Source: Choristocarpus tenellus KU-1152 (Eukaryota; Protista; Phaeophyceae). Taken from it: a stretch of 64,000 bases of DNA. The notes below the pieces were generated by a model. The model did not search any database. It was not told the DNA's origin and saw nothing but the letters and a program-made list of their open reading frames with translations. The stretch is from contig CAXNAD020000003.1 in NCBI GenBank assembly GCA_964200185.2, forward strand, positions 3,362-67,361, written 5' to 3'. The translations under genes and the position numbers were made by a program. Below, in pieces: positions 1 to 14,181 of the stretch (its first letter is position 1; the number at the start of each line of letters is the position of its first letter).

Positions 1-75
1 GAGGTTGTAAGGAGTGAAGGGTGACTGTAGAGGGACGACGGCTTGGTGTAGTACGGACCAGAGATCAGCAAATAG

Positions 76-3000
76 ATGATGAAAGGAGCTGGGAGCGCGA
101 AATGCTGTGGTTGTATCGTGTTGGCGGCTGCAGCTGCAGTCACTGTTGGGGCCTACAGTCCAGAAGTGAGTGTCAACAGTACCCTCCCTCTGCGAACCAT
201 GTTGCGCAGATCTCTCTTTTTCTTCAAGTCAATATTTTCTGCACCCCATCCAAACCATGGACGTTCCCACAGCACACCAAAACTCTACTTCATCCTTCAC
301 TACCATCTGGTTGTTTGCCAGTATCTCGCGTCCACTTTGATTTCTGACGGATCCCTCGCGCTACGTACAGGTTGCCTTTGTAGGACCAGTTCCGATCACC
401 TCATCCAGGGCTGAAACATCACTGGGTCATGTTCAGCGGTGCTGGACTCCTCGATGTGCTCATCGCCCAGTTCAAGCCCCACGGATGGTAACTATGGAGC
501 CCGGGACTTCAACTTCGACAGGAGTATCTGGAGGAGGAGATACTCTGAGAATCATCAACACCAAGCCCAGCCGACATGATACGGGTAAGTAAGCTCATAC
601 TGCGCCAAGCAACTTTGTTTCCTCAACATAATTTGGCTTCCCAGCTATATACTACTCACCACAGGCCACGAATATGCCGCCAATATAGTGGAGGTCCTAT
701 TGGTGACCATGCTTACCACTCCGTAGCGAAATGGGTTTACTGCCCTTGCCGAGGATACAACCTATCCCCCTATCCGAAACCCCTTTTCTCGCGCTGAGAG
801 TGATCCAACTGATGAGTACTGAACATAGAATTACTGTTGATGAATGCCACCACTTGAAATGACCAATATACTCCAATCAAGTAGTACTGCACCCACCACG
901 TATTCAATTTCGTGCACGATTTCACACATGCATACCCATTTCCTGACAGAGATAAGTACACAAACATTCTTTCGATTGTTGTTACTGACCTCAATGACCT
1001 TTGAGTTGTACTTGCCGACATTACTCATGTTCAAAAGAAACTGGACGTGACCCTACGAGGGTGAAGGTCTTCGACACCACTCTCAGGGATGGAGAGCAAT
1101 CCCCTGGGTGCACCATGACTCGCGAGGAAAAGCTGATGGTGAGTAGATGTGTACATTGTACTGTTGGTAATCTTTATGGTCCATGTAAAGACGCCCTATG
1201 GAAAGCATTGGTGCTTTTTTTCAAGGCAACTTTGATGATGCCTTGGAAGTATGTGGTTCATTGGGAGTGGCATTGCCCCACAAGGTGTGCCCAATTAAGG
1301 CTGTACCAAAGATGTAACAGGGTTGCATTCTATGCTGTTTTTAACTTATGTCATATGAATAATTTTGCCAAACCCTAAGAGGTTGACTATGAAGTACATC
1401 AATACCTGACTGCATGTATCATACTCCATCTCAAGAGTTGGCATCAAGCTATCGAATACCCACATGCTGTGAGTGTTTACACATCCTGCAATTGCAAACA
1501 TAATACATGTGCAAAAGACAGGTGCGGCCAATCGAGGAGGACATATGGTAGTGTCTTGGAGGACATGAACACGAGAAAATTATTCCCAGCATGATGAGCA
1601 ATACCACGATGAGCAATACCTAAAATGTTATTCCATACCAAAGTGAACAAAAACGCCTTTTCTTGCCACCTGCCTAAAATGTTCATATGGATAATGCCCT
1701 CTATTTATTGACCTTAAGTTGCCTTGATTTTTGACACCCTACGTTACTGCTACTTCATGCAGGTGGCCCGTCAGCTGGCCAGGCTTGGGGTGGACGTTAT
1801 TGAGGCTGGCTTTCCCATTGCATCACCGGGGGACTTTGAGGTACAGTCGTTGATGTATTGATGTATTGATGTATTCATTAGTAAGAAATCTAGTGACATT
1901 GAGATATTTGATACTATTTTGGTACTTTAATATCATCGTGTCTCCATGAGAACGATGATATTAACAAGGATTGGGTGTAGTGCCTCTTGTGTGCAGTAGA
2001 GTGTATTTTGTGTGTCCTGGTATCACTAAACTTTAGAAGGTGTCCTTGCACATCTTACTCCTTTTTTGTAGTGGTTCAGAGTGGATGATAGTGCTCATGT
2101 ACTTGTGTTTTTGTTATTTATTGCTATTGGCATCTGAAGCGTTCTTCCTCCTGCCTTTCAGTGTGTTATGCATCATAGCACTCATGTATTGTTGTAATAA
2201 TTTTTATTGAGAGGAGAGCTGTGGATGCCCCGTTGGGGGAAGAAAAGACCCTGGCTGGGGATACCATATGAGAGAATCATCTATACAGACATCAACTGCA
2301 ACTGCCGCCACGAGTAGTTCGATGATGGGAATGGACACATTGGTGGGAACCTTAGCAATTCAATCTGCTTGATTGAAAGATTTGAGCGATAACTGCCTAA
2401 TGAATTGAAAAGGTCCCATTAATAGTTCCTTATTTAGGACAAATCACAGCTCCTACCACCTCTATTGTTTATAATAATAGTAGTAATAATAATAATATTA
2501 TATCTGCTGCTATCATAGCATATGATTATTGATTATTGAATATGATGACATTGGGGGTGGAGTACGGATTTGGTAATCTTCTGCATGCTATTCTGTCTCT
2601 CATGAGGAAAACAAGTGATTTTTACACCCCACCATGAGAAGGAGGAGGGTCGAAAGGTGGGTAGGGGAATACCATAGTCAAGAAACCCTTTGGGTGGAGA
2701 GGTTTCATTTGTCTCTCCTTCAGGGTATACCTTCATGGTGTACAACGGAGGGAAGAAACCTTCATGTGCCTTACTTCTCACTCTTGGTGGGCAATTTGGA
2801 ACTATGAAACACCAAACATTATTGTGGGAGGTTGAAGAGCAACAGCAATCAACAGCAATCCCTTGGAAACACCTTCAGAAGTCCAAAACTTGGCACAGGG
2901 AAGCTTTTTTTGAGTTGGGCAGGTGATGATTGACTCCAACAACTGGTTTGGTACATGGCTAGGTGTTGTTGTCTGCTATCTAGGGTGAAGATTCATGCAG

Positions 3001-6000
3001 GCCACCGCAAGGATGGTTGGTGTGAAGCAGGTATACTACTGGGTATCAATATGTGTTTGGACATAGTATTATTACTCAAATCCAAGTGCACAACACAATA
3101 TGTGTTTGGACATAGTATTATTACTCAAATCAATTATTAATCAAATCAATTATTAATCAAATCAATTATTACTCAAATCAATTATTAATCAAATCAATTA
3201 TTACTCAAATCAATTATTACTCAAATCACAATATGTGCCAAACACTCGATGTGTCAAGCACTATTCGCCCAGTAGTGCCCATACTGAGTGAGGGGAACCC
3301 CTACAGAAGAGGAAAAAGGACTTGGCCATTATTAGAGTTTCCCTTGGGATGCTTGTGTATGTACATGCAAATGTATGTGTGTATGTATGGGGACTTCAAG
3401 CGTTGTTATTACTGACAGTGGGATGGAGTAATGGGCCGACAGAGAGCCCATCGATGAGGGAGCACTTCAGGGTGTTGAGGCATTCTGGAAGGCTATGGGG
3501 TTCACAATGACTGATGCAGAGAGTGTCCATTACATTGGCAGGAGGAGGTTTTACCAGAAAAAAAAGGACTTCTTCAAAATTCCTGTGCCTAGCCAGTGTT
3601 GTCTTGTGTGTTTTGGACATTTCTTTCATGTAGGCAGACTCATAGCCCCATGTTGTCAACATCTGGTACTGTATTTACTCCTACACATGGAACAGGCTGG
3701 TCTCTCATAATGTGGAGCTTGTGTTTGAAAGCTATATTTATCTGATGGTTAGGTTAGGGTTAGGGTTAGGGTTAGGGTTAGGGTTAGGGTTAGGGTTAGG
3801 GTTAGGGTTTGCAACAGGTTGTTGCTAAGAATGGCAAACATGTGATAGCCTTCTTTGGACCAGCTTGGCATGAAGTGTTTAATGATTATATAGTTCTCCC
3901 CTTGACATCTCATCAACTAACTTTTCTTCAGCCTTGTGAGTGAAACATGAGTGGAAAGTCGCTCTAGTATGTCCAGTATGGTGGTCTACCCTTTGTCAAA
4001 ATAGTGTATGTCAAAATAGTATATGTCAAAATAGTGTATGTCAAAATAGTATATGAAAAATGGAAGCATCTCGGATACAATTTCACACAAGCAGGGCCTC
4101 TCTCCAGCTGGGGTGCCTTTCAGCCTTGCAGAGCTGCCTGCCTGATTCAAACAAAATGCATTTGATAGTTTGTCAGCCAATTTGATTTGACTTTGAATTA
4201 TACTCACCAAAACTTGCATTAAACTTCTCTGATCAGAAAAAGGTCTGCATTATTAGAATAGTTGGAGGGGTAGTGATATTGGTGATGGCTGCCGTATGAG
4301 CCTTCTGTGAGTGTGTTATCATTGTTACTGTTGAGTTAAAGTATCTTAGAGGGTAGAGCTGCGTCCATTTGGGAGTCAATTCCAATGTTGTGATTTTGAT
4401 GTGATTTTTGCTATCATGTTTGTTACGCAGTGTCAATATCCTTGTTCCGGACACATCTTCTTAAACCGTATACATTCTACCTACTACAAACCCTAACCCT
4501 AACCAAAACATTTCGGGAGTAGGTAAAATGTTATAAAAACCCGTGGGAATCCAAGCCCCAAACGGACAAACAGGGCAAAACTTGTACCCTAACCCTAAGA
4601 TACTTTCACTCAGTTATTATTATTATTATTGTTGTCATTGTTATTATCATTATTATCACTATTGTCAATGTTGCCATTGTTATTGTTATCATTATTGTCA
4701 ATATTATCATTGGTATAATTATTATTATCAATGTTATCATTGTTATTGTTATAATTACTATCATTATTGTCATTGTCACTATTTTCAATGTTGCCATTGT
4801 TATCAATATTGTCATTGTTACAATTATTATCATTGATATCACTATTAGGCAGACAGTCAGAACAGTAGGATAAGACTAGGTAAGTGTGAAGGGGGAAGAG
4901 GATAAGGGTGCACTGGACTGGAGTGTAATCGATTGGTTGATAAGAAATCTCCTTGTTTATATTGTGCACTGTGTATTCTATGCACAGTATAAATAGTGCT
5001 TGATGTTGATTATTGGTCGGTTGGGAAATTATATTAGAAATGAAAAGCAAAAAGAATATTTAACACATCCTGACATACTATACTATTATTTTTATAAGCC
5101 TATAAGACACTTGATAAGGGGTGTCCTATTTTGTTCTGGTTTCACATTTATCCCTAACACCATACCTATGGTACTCTTAACCCAATTTCAATGCTCTTCA
5201 CCTCTCTACCTACTAATACTGGTAGAGGTAATGTCGTGGACATGGTATGGACAGATACTGCACAGCCCTTGAAGATTGTAGAATGTAAATCTAAATAATT
5301 GTATGATACCTTTTCTCTATTGGTGTCTATGTTGGTGTCTTTGGTTGATGTTGATGTTGATGCTACCTAGTGTTTCCTCGATGCTGCTTCTGTTTGCACA
5401 ATGGTGTAATCAAGGCTGTCAAGGAGATCGCTCAGACTGTGGGCAACTGGGAAAACCCACCGATTATTTGTGGGCTGGCAAGGGCCCTAAAGAAGGACAT
5501 TGATGTGAGTAATGGATGAATCGATGCAAGTTTGTTAGTTTTAAACTATGATTGCTGCAAAATGCTGCAGTCTGATTGTCTCAATTAATCTTCATTTTTT
5601 TGTTGATGATGTTGCTGCAATTGCTCTTTGTACTTTATTATCAGAATTTAATATATTTCTATTATTAGTAGTGGGGCTGATCTTCATACCATAATATGTG
5701 TAGTGCTTGTGTTTTGAGTTTTGTGTTTGGTTCTTTTTGGTTCTTTTTGCTTCTTTTGCTGACTCTCACAACACCTACAACATGCCAATAATATGTAGTG
5801 TTCATTGTATGGTATCCATAGGTAATATATCACTGGGTGTTTCCACTGATATTGATAATGGCAGGATTGATACTATCTTTACTACCAACATGTCAATTAT
5901 ATATAAATTATGCCAATTATATACCAATTTAAAATTGTGTCAAATCTATACAAATTATGTTGGGATTGCTGTTCTTGTGTGAAGCATGTGTGAAGCATGT

Positions 6001-9000
6001 GTGAAGCATGTGTGAAGCATGTGTGAAGCATGTGCTGAGAGGGTTGAGAAGAAGGAAAAGACTTCAAGCAGTACAAATTTGCCTCCGCTATGCATGCACT
6101 GGTTAGAGATGTACTTGTACACTGGTTAGAGATGTACTTGTACACTGGTTAGAGATGTACTTGTACACTTGTACAGGCTTGTAACACGCATACACTTTTG
6201 ACTACCCTTGCTACAATTTGTCTAACTTTGGTTCCCAAAATGAGCCACCTTTTCTGAGGTATCCTCTGCTTACACTAGTATAGCATTGATGTATTAAACA
6301 ATTCTATAGTGTCAAAGTTACATTTCTGTAATTGACACAAATATATTATGTTAATTAGTATCAGACATGACACGATCATGTGATATATGGCCTCTCACAC
6401 TTACGCTGATTCATTGTTTTCTTTTTTTAATTAATTTTTCTTTTTAACAGTCTTGTGCCAAGGCAATTGAGTCAGCCCGCTTCCCACGGATTCACACCTT
6501 TATTGCGACATCTGATATACACATGAAGCATAAGCTTAGAAAAACACGCGAGGAGGTGAGATGAGATGATCAGTGATTGCTTAGTGATTGCTTAGTGATT
6601 GCTTAGTGATTGCTTAGTGATTGCTTAGTGATTAATTAGTGGCCCTTTTTGGCTACACTAGGACTTTCCTTTAAGGAGAATTGTTGCATGCCATGGGAGT
6701 AGCAGATGGAAGTGTGTGTAAGAGAGTGTTGACTGTTCTCTTCAATAGGTTGGGGGTATCTTCATGTTTTGTGGTTTATTAGCAGTGGGGTTATCATCAT
6801 TGGTTGCCATCATCATCTTCATTAGGGTTAGGGTTAGTAGTATAGCGTGTAGGTGTGATAATTTCTATCATGGAATAGGAAAAGTTATTTTTTTCTGATT
6901 TGTCTTTTGTCAAGGTTGTGTGCTGGTTGGTTGTTGATTTGGTGAATTTGTTGTGATTTAATGCTACCTATTTGTCACATCACATCAATCAGGTTCTGAA
7001 GATCACAAGGGAAATGGTGGAACATGCAAGGTCCTATGTGGATGATGTAGAGTTTAGTGGAGAGGATGCTCTTCGATCAGACTGGGAATTTCTATCAGAG
7101 GTAAGAGGTGACCAAGGTGACCAAGTGATTGAAAAGGGGGATTGGTCATATCCCTACTAATGTCATGATTTGATGGTATATGTCATGTATTGATGGTTTA
7201 TGTCATGATTTGATGGTATATGTCATGTATTGATGGTTTATGTCATGATTTGATGGTATATGTCATGATTTGATGGTATACGTCATGTATTGATGGTATA
7301 TGTCATGATTTGATGGTATATGTCATGATTTGATGGTATATGTCATGATTTGATGGTATATGTCATGTGTATGAAGGGAGATTGCAAGGAGTGTTGAAGT
7401 TGTGTTGAAGATGTGTTAAATATGTGTTGAAGATGCCTATGTAGACTGTTTTTAACGTGATGGGGACAATGGAGATGGTGGAGATGATATTGGTCTTGGT
7501 GTATGTTATTGGAGCAGTGATTGAGACCTCTTGATGAGAGGTCTAGCATTTGAATATTTGCTCTAGTAGCAGTTGCATCACCTTCCATCACCTACAGTGT
7601 TGTGGAAGTATGCCTGGCATGAGCAATTAAGAGATTGATTGAGAAAGAACAGATGGCAACTTGAGCTATAAGATGAGAAGCCTTGATGTGGGGCTGTACC
7701 TGATGGTCTTACATTTTCTAGGTGTACTTTATGCTTGTCCCCGCTGATAGGTTCTTTGGTCCTTGCTTAGCACCTGAACAATCCATCACTGTATATGCAG
7801 TGCTGGACCTATCATTGCACTTTGTGCATGAGGTACAATTATGGCTACTTACTGCTATTTCATCCTCTTCTTTTGTTTAATCCTATCCTCACCCCAACCC
7901 TTACATGACCCTAACCCCTCACATGGCATGGTATGTCCTTGAAATTTGTGAGTGACAGATACTTTATTGATAGCTGTCATTCTATTTGTTTGTTTCTTGC
8001 CCTAGGTGCATTATATCAGGTAATTATTATCAGTATGTCATCATTATATCAGACAATTATTATCAGATTGTCATGATTGGGTATACAATGATTGAATAAT
8101 TTTATTATTGGGTATACAGGTGTACTCTGTGGCTATTGAGGCAGGTGCAAACACCATCAATGTTCCTGATACCGTTGGTTACACCACCCCTGCAGAGTTC
8201 ATGTCATTGATGCACCACCTCAGGAGGACAGTCAGGTAAGGCCTATCCCCCAAGTAGTGGATGGTTCACTTTTTAATGTGTTGTAGTACAAATGTAGAGA
8301 TGTGCTTTAAATGTTACAAATATGCTTTAGATGTTGGAAATCAGAATACCTGTACCGTTTCTTGTTAATGACTTGTCTGTCTTGTCTGTTACCTGACGAT
8401 TTTCATGGTACCAGTTAAATTGCATTATATTATTGTAATAATAATAATAATAATAGCAATATTATGTTTGAAAGCATTGACTGCTGTGCTTGTAGAGGGA
8501 TGTGGTATAGTCCTCGTATGATATCATGTAGAGAGTTATTTAGTTTACTTTCATAGTTGATAATCATATTTTTGATTTTATGTGTTAATGTTATCATTGT
8601 TATGGGTGATCAATGTCTATCCTGAACAGTGTGGTGAGCAGTCAAAGACTTACGATGTTATCATGTGGTAATGTTATGCTAGGTAGGTGGTGTAGTTACA
8701 AGGGTTCAAGTCAATGTTTCCAGACACACTGTATACAGTTATTGAGTGGTTTTGTTTATTGAGAGTAACATTGAATGACCTATATACAGAGCGAGTAACT
8801 TTGGATGACAAAGACAGTTGAGCCCAATTATTATTATTATTTTGTTGATTGTAGTTATGTAAATTGAAAAAAGGTGTTTTTTGGTGAGTATTATTAATAA
8901 TACTTGAATCACTTGAATCAGTTACAATTCTTTTTAATACGTTTAGTGATCAATTCAAATTGAATTGTCCACCCAAAGTGCCAAGTGTCCCAGGGTGACT

Positions 9001-12000
9001 GCGAGCCATGAGGAATTTTTTGTGATTATTTTTTGTTTTTCCAAGTTTTTTTTTTACATCTACTGTTTTTATCTACTGTTTACATCTACTGTTTACATGT
9101 ACTGTTTATATCTACTCTTTACATCTACTCTTTTTATCTACTGGGAGTACCATCCTTCCATCTCATGTGCTAATGTATGTACCATCCTCTGTGACTTGAA
9201 TAAACAGAGGTATTGAAAATGTGACAATCTCAGTACATGGTCATGATGACCTTGGTATGGCGGTGGCTAACTTCATGTCTGCCATTGAGGGGGGTGCTCG
9301 CCAGGTGATGTGTTTGTTGTGGCTGTTGCATTGTACTCTGTCATTGCATCACATTGTTGCATCATTGCCTAATGTAGCCAAATGTCAGAACAATTATTCA
9401 ATGGGGAAGGGAAAGATTGCTACTTTGGGTGTAATGTTGGTTTTTAGTTGATTAATGTTGGTCTTTAGATGGTTGGTTGGAGTTACACTTGCATCATTTC
9501 CAGTTCTTATTTTTTTGCATTGCATTTTTATGTGATAAGTGATAAGTGATATGTGATATGTGATATGTGATACGTGATACGTGATATGTGATATGTGATA
9601 CGTGATATGTGATATGTGATATGTGATATGTGATATGTGATATGTGATACGTGATACGTGATACGTGATACGTGATAAGTGATAAGTGATGAGTGATATG
9701 TGATAGGTGATACGTGATACTGATAGAACTTGTGATGGTAATGGCAATATTGGTGATGTATCAGATGTATCAGATGTATCAGATGTATCAGTACTTGATT
9801 GGAACGGCGATGTCAATGCTGGGGTTGTCAGGGTTACGGTCGACATGGCTGATTGGGCACTTACGTTTCACCTTGTGATTCAAGCTGTAATGGTGATAGC
9901 AATGGTTATTGTATGATAGTAGACTGTTGCTATAGACATGAATCGTGTACTTGCTATACGTATAATGGTTGAAATATAATTGTTTGCATTATGAGCTGAT
10001 CAGTATTTTACTTATTTATTTCTATTGTTGATCGATCAATATTAGCTTTAGTTTTATCTTCACCTCTTGAATGCTGGAATGATTACAATGTGTGTTAATA
10101 ATAATTACATAATAATAGTTCTATAATAATAGTAATACTAGTCTCCTTTTTTGGCCTTGTGTCAAGGTGGAGTGCACCATTAATGGCATTGGCGAGAGGG
10201 CAGGCAATGCTGCTCTTGAGGAGATTGTCATGGCTCTTCATGTTCGAAAGGTGATTAAAAACATTTGAAAACATTTGAAAACAGACTATTCGCTTTATAA
10301 TCAAATTCGACTGAACCTAATTTATATCATGCAACTATATCTGTACGGCATGTAGGTACGCTACCTGATATACTTCACCTCAAAAGTAGCTCAAATGTCA
10401 ATCATAATCATAATCATAATCATAATCATAATCATAATCATAATCATACTCATACTCATACTCATACTCATACTCATACTCATACTCATACTCATACTCA
10501 TACTCATACTCATACTCATACTCATACTCGTAGTCATGCCAGTGCATGCAGAGGTCAGTGGTAGCGATGTTATGTAATCTGGGGTTTTTAAGATGGACTA
10601 GTGTCATGCGATATGATGTTATCCCTTGTAAACAAAATGTGACTGGTGTGACATGTTTTTGGTACCATCCATCCATCCATCCATCCACAGTAATGAGACA
10701 AGAAACACTCTCAATGCTCTAGGCATTGGTAGATTGATTAAGGCTATGTAATGTAGTACTGTGATATAATACTGTAATGCACTTGATTTTTGTGTACATG
10801 AGTATCTGTTAGTTTTAATTCAGTTTTAATTCACTATATATTTATTATATATTCAAGTTTTCAATTGGTACAACAGTACAATCAACACATGAACCATCAT
10901 TTTTGGAGTGTAAGGTGATGAAGGAAAAGAGAGATGTGTACCCTCTGAACCTGCATGAATAGATGTAGACTAAGTGCAACAGTTTGCTTTCAATGAGAAC
11001 ACCATGGATGTGCAGACAAGTGACTACTGTATTGGAAGGACATTTTTTTGTAATTATTATTGTTGTCAATAGTAATAATAGTTAATAGTGGTATCCTGCA
11101 GGATGAGTAGTCACCAACTGACTTTTGTTTTGATTGAAGTAGTTAAGTAGATACAAACTGCCAGTTTGTTGAGGTACTATCAGTAGTAACTACTATTACA
11201 TAATAGTAATAATAATAACAGTAATAGTAATGAAAATATTTTTAGTGATAGTGGTGTGATGTTCATCGAAAAGATTGATAAATAAGAAAATACCCTGGCA
11301 TCTTGTATGAAATATTATTATATGTAACCAACCCCTGTGATTTGACTTGTTAGGTAGTAGTTAAGATTATGGACACAAGCCAAGATATTTTACAGATTTT
11401 TTTAAGTGTTGATTGTTTTACTGTTGTGTTGTTGTCATGTAACCACAACACACCTCACAAGGGTCAGGGTTCAGGTGGGAAGAATTGTAGAAGTGCAGGT
11501 GGATAGCCTTGGCCTCAGGGAGGTGCGCATATCTAAACTTGCACCTAAGGATAGGATTGTGTTGTACTCATTGAGGTACACCTTCACATAGTAAGGAGTG
11601 ACCAACATTGTTCACCCACAAGATAAATTTATTCAAGATAAATTTATTGATGTCGAGGGTATGCGGCAGCTGCCCCTGGTATAGGATCAGAGAGGCGCTT
11701 TCCATGTCTGGACAGTCTATCCTGAAGGGTATTGTAGATTTGGGAGATGGTATCCCATGTGTGAACCAAAGATCCAGCCCCTCTTGGGTCTATCACATTT
11801 TCTTTTTGTTGGGTGTCATTTTGAAGCTGCACTTGGTGGAAAGTTGTAATCTTGCTGGCAGTAATCCGGAGGTGGTCATGCCTTTTTTATAAAAAGGCAG
11901 GCATTTTATTTTTATTTTAGTAGTGGTAAGAAGGCGGTATTGAATTAATTTAGGAGGAAGAGGTGGTGTTTGAAGTGGGCTTGTGTAAATACAAGGGGCA

Positions 12001-14049
12001 TGGATAATATAGTTTTAGGATATATGTGGAGTATTCTGTTTTTTTAATGAAGATTGTACCTATGGGGGGAGGGGGGTATATGTACAGCGATTGGCAATAA
12101 AGGCAGTGTGTATGGCAGTGTGTATGGCAGTGTGTATGTGAGCATGTAGGGAACTGGAGATGGACTTAGGAGGAGATCTGTTGATATCTTATTTTGGGGT
12201 AGGCTATGAAGCTTGAGATAAATGCATCCATGCCTATGGACATTCATTTATTCATTCATTCATTCATTCCCTCAAAGCATTAGGAGTGCATATATCCTGT
12301 ATGCATTGTGTCTACATTGTGTCTACATTGTTGACTGTCCCAATAATGTGATAGAGAGGGAGAGGGGTGTATTGATTCGTAACCTGATAACCTTTGGGAC
12401 TGCATATGATTACATTACAGGTTCTATGAGGTGCCACCCACCACCTAGGGCTCCAGCAGGTCCTCAGAAAGACAGTTGAAAAATCCTCTATGCAGTTATT
12501 TATGTAGTTATTTTTTATTTATAGTTGTGGGAAGCATGTGCAAGATAGAAATGAACCACATGCATTTACATGTAATGCTGATTGACACCCAAATGATGTG
12601 AGTTGCGCTAATTTCTATAGCATATTACTACACATTACTATGTGTGTATGTGTGTATGTGTGTATGTGTGTATTATTATTTTTAGTCTTATTAGTCTTAT
12701 TATGATTATTCTTGTTGTATGTGTTCACTTTGGTCTTCGGACTATCCTGACAAATGGTCAGAGGCACTCTTCACTACTGTTCCACTTCTCATGCTAAGTA
12801 CTGACTAATTGCTGTCGCACTATGGGTAATTGTACTGTGTTTCCTCTGTGTTACCTCTGTGGCTTGCTTCTTGCCTATTAGGTTTAACAAATCCCATCGC
12901 CTATTGCTCTGTGTCTTACCTTGAATATTTTCCTTGACGTTCCTTGACATTACCATCTTGATCTTGTTCTGTCTTATTTTGTGGTGTAGTGACAGGTAGG
13001 ATATATAATAGGTATAAATAAGTAGTAGGTATACAGTCTGTTGTGCTTGCCATGTGGAATAACATCATCAAAATCAGATTTGGTAGGAAAGAGGTCTGGC
13101 GTAGATTTGTTTCAAATATGTTACATTTGTTTCAAATCTGTTAAGTTCATGGTGGGAACAGCCTTGTTGACCCCTTTGTTTTGTTAGCCATGAGAACGCA
13201 CCTGATAGCTGTGAGTCAGAAAACACACATAACAACCCCCTTGGTGCTCCTCTATGCCTCAATGTGGTAATGAAAAGTAACATTGAATTGTGATTCATCA
13301 ATATCAATATCAATATCAATCGCAATAGCAATAGCAAGAGCAATATAGCAGCTAATGAAACACATGCGGACTAGTGTGTGTGGTTAACCTTGTAGGATGG
13401 CAGTAGTGTAGTATAGCTTGGTTGAGGTGTACCCCATACTGGTGTCCTTGTTCAACTTTAAACCATTCATAGCAGCAGGACAATATCAAGGCTAGGATAG
13501 TGCCACCATGGATCATTGTGTGTGTCAGTGGTTGAGTCACTGGCTGGTTTGAACCTTTTTAAAATTATCAACCATCATCACCCTCTATGAACACTTCATT
13601 ACAGTCAAAAACTTGACTCATAAGATAACTTGACTTGACTTAGTTGAGTTGTGAGTAGATGTGTGACAGTACTTGGCAAGATTGATTTGCATGCCTTTGC
13701 ATATATATTATTTCAGCATTGTCAGTTGACAAGTAGGAATTGTAATTGTCATCATGTATCTTTGCACCTAATTAGTTCAGATCAGATTGAATCTCCTTGC
13801 ACACCCAGACATTTTCTTGAAAACTGTTGCTATTAGTAGAACTACCACCATGCATCCACAACCTTAAACTACTGAATATTGCCAATGCTTCTCTTCCTTC
13901 CTCTCCCAGTTGACAGTTCCTATTGAACACCATCTATTTCTTACATTACTATCTATATATGACTTTTACTTTGCTGTCATGAGAATTTTTTGATTTTTTT
14001 CAACAATCCTGGAAACTTGACCTCAACATGAAATGGTATTTGTCTTGCT

Positions 14050-14126
<77 letters not shown>

Positions 14127-14132
14127 GTGTGT

Positions 14133-14181
<49 letters not shown>

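Noticed and set aside
3754-3807. True chromosome end or misassembly at the telomeric tract
   Set aside because: leuA exons continue in frame and in order on both sides.
4543-5050. Long Tyr/Cys/His- and Asn/Asp-rich ORFs
   Set aside because: Translation artefacts of a trinucleotide repeat inside leuA intron 4.
7160-7367. Regular 20-bp repeats resembling a CRISPR array (also 17338-17425, 54084-54241, 62105-62338)
   Set aside because: Units are directly adjacent with no unique spacers, there are no cas genes, and the context is eukaryotic introns.
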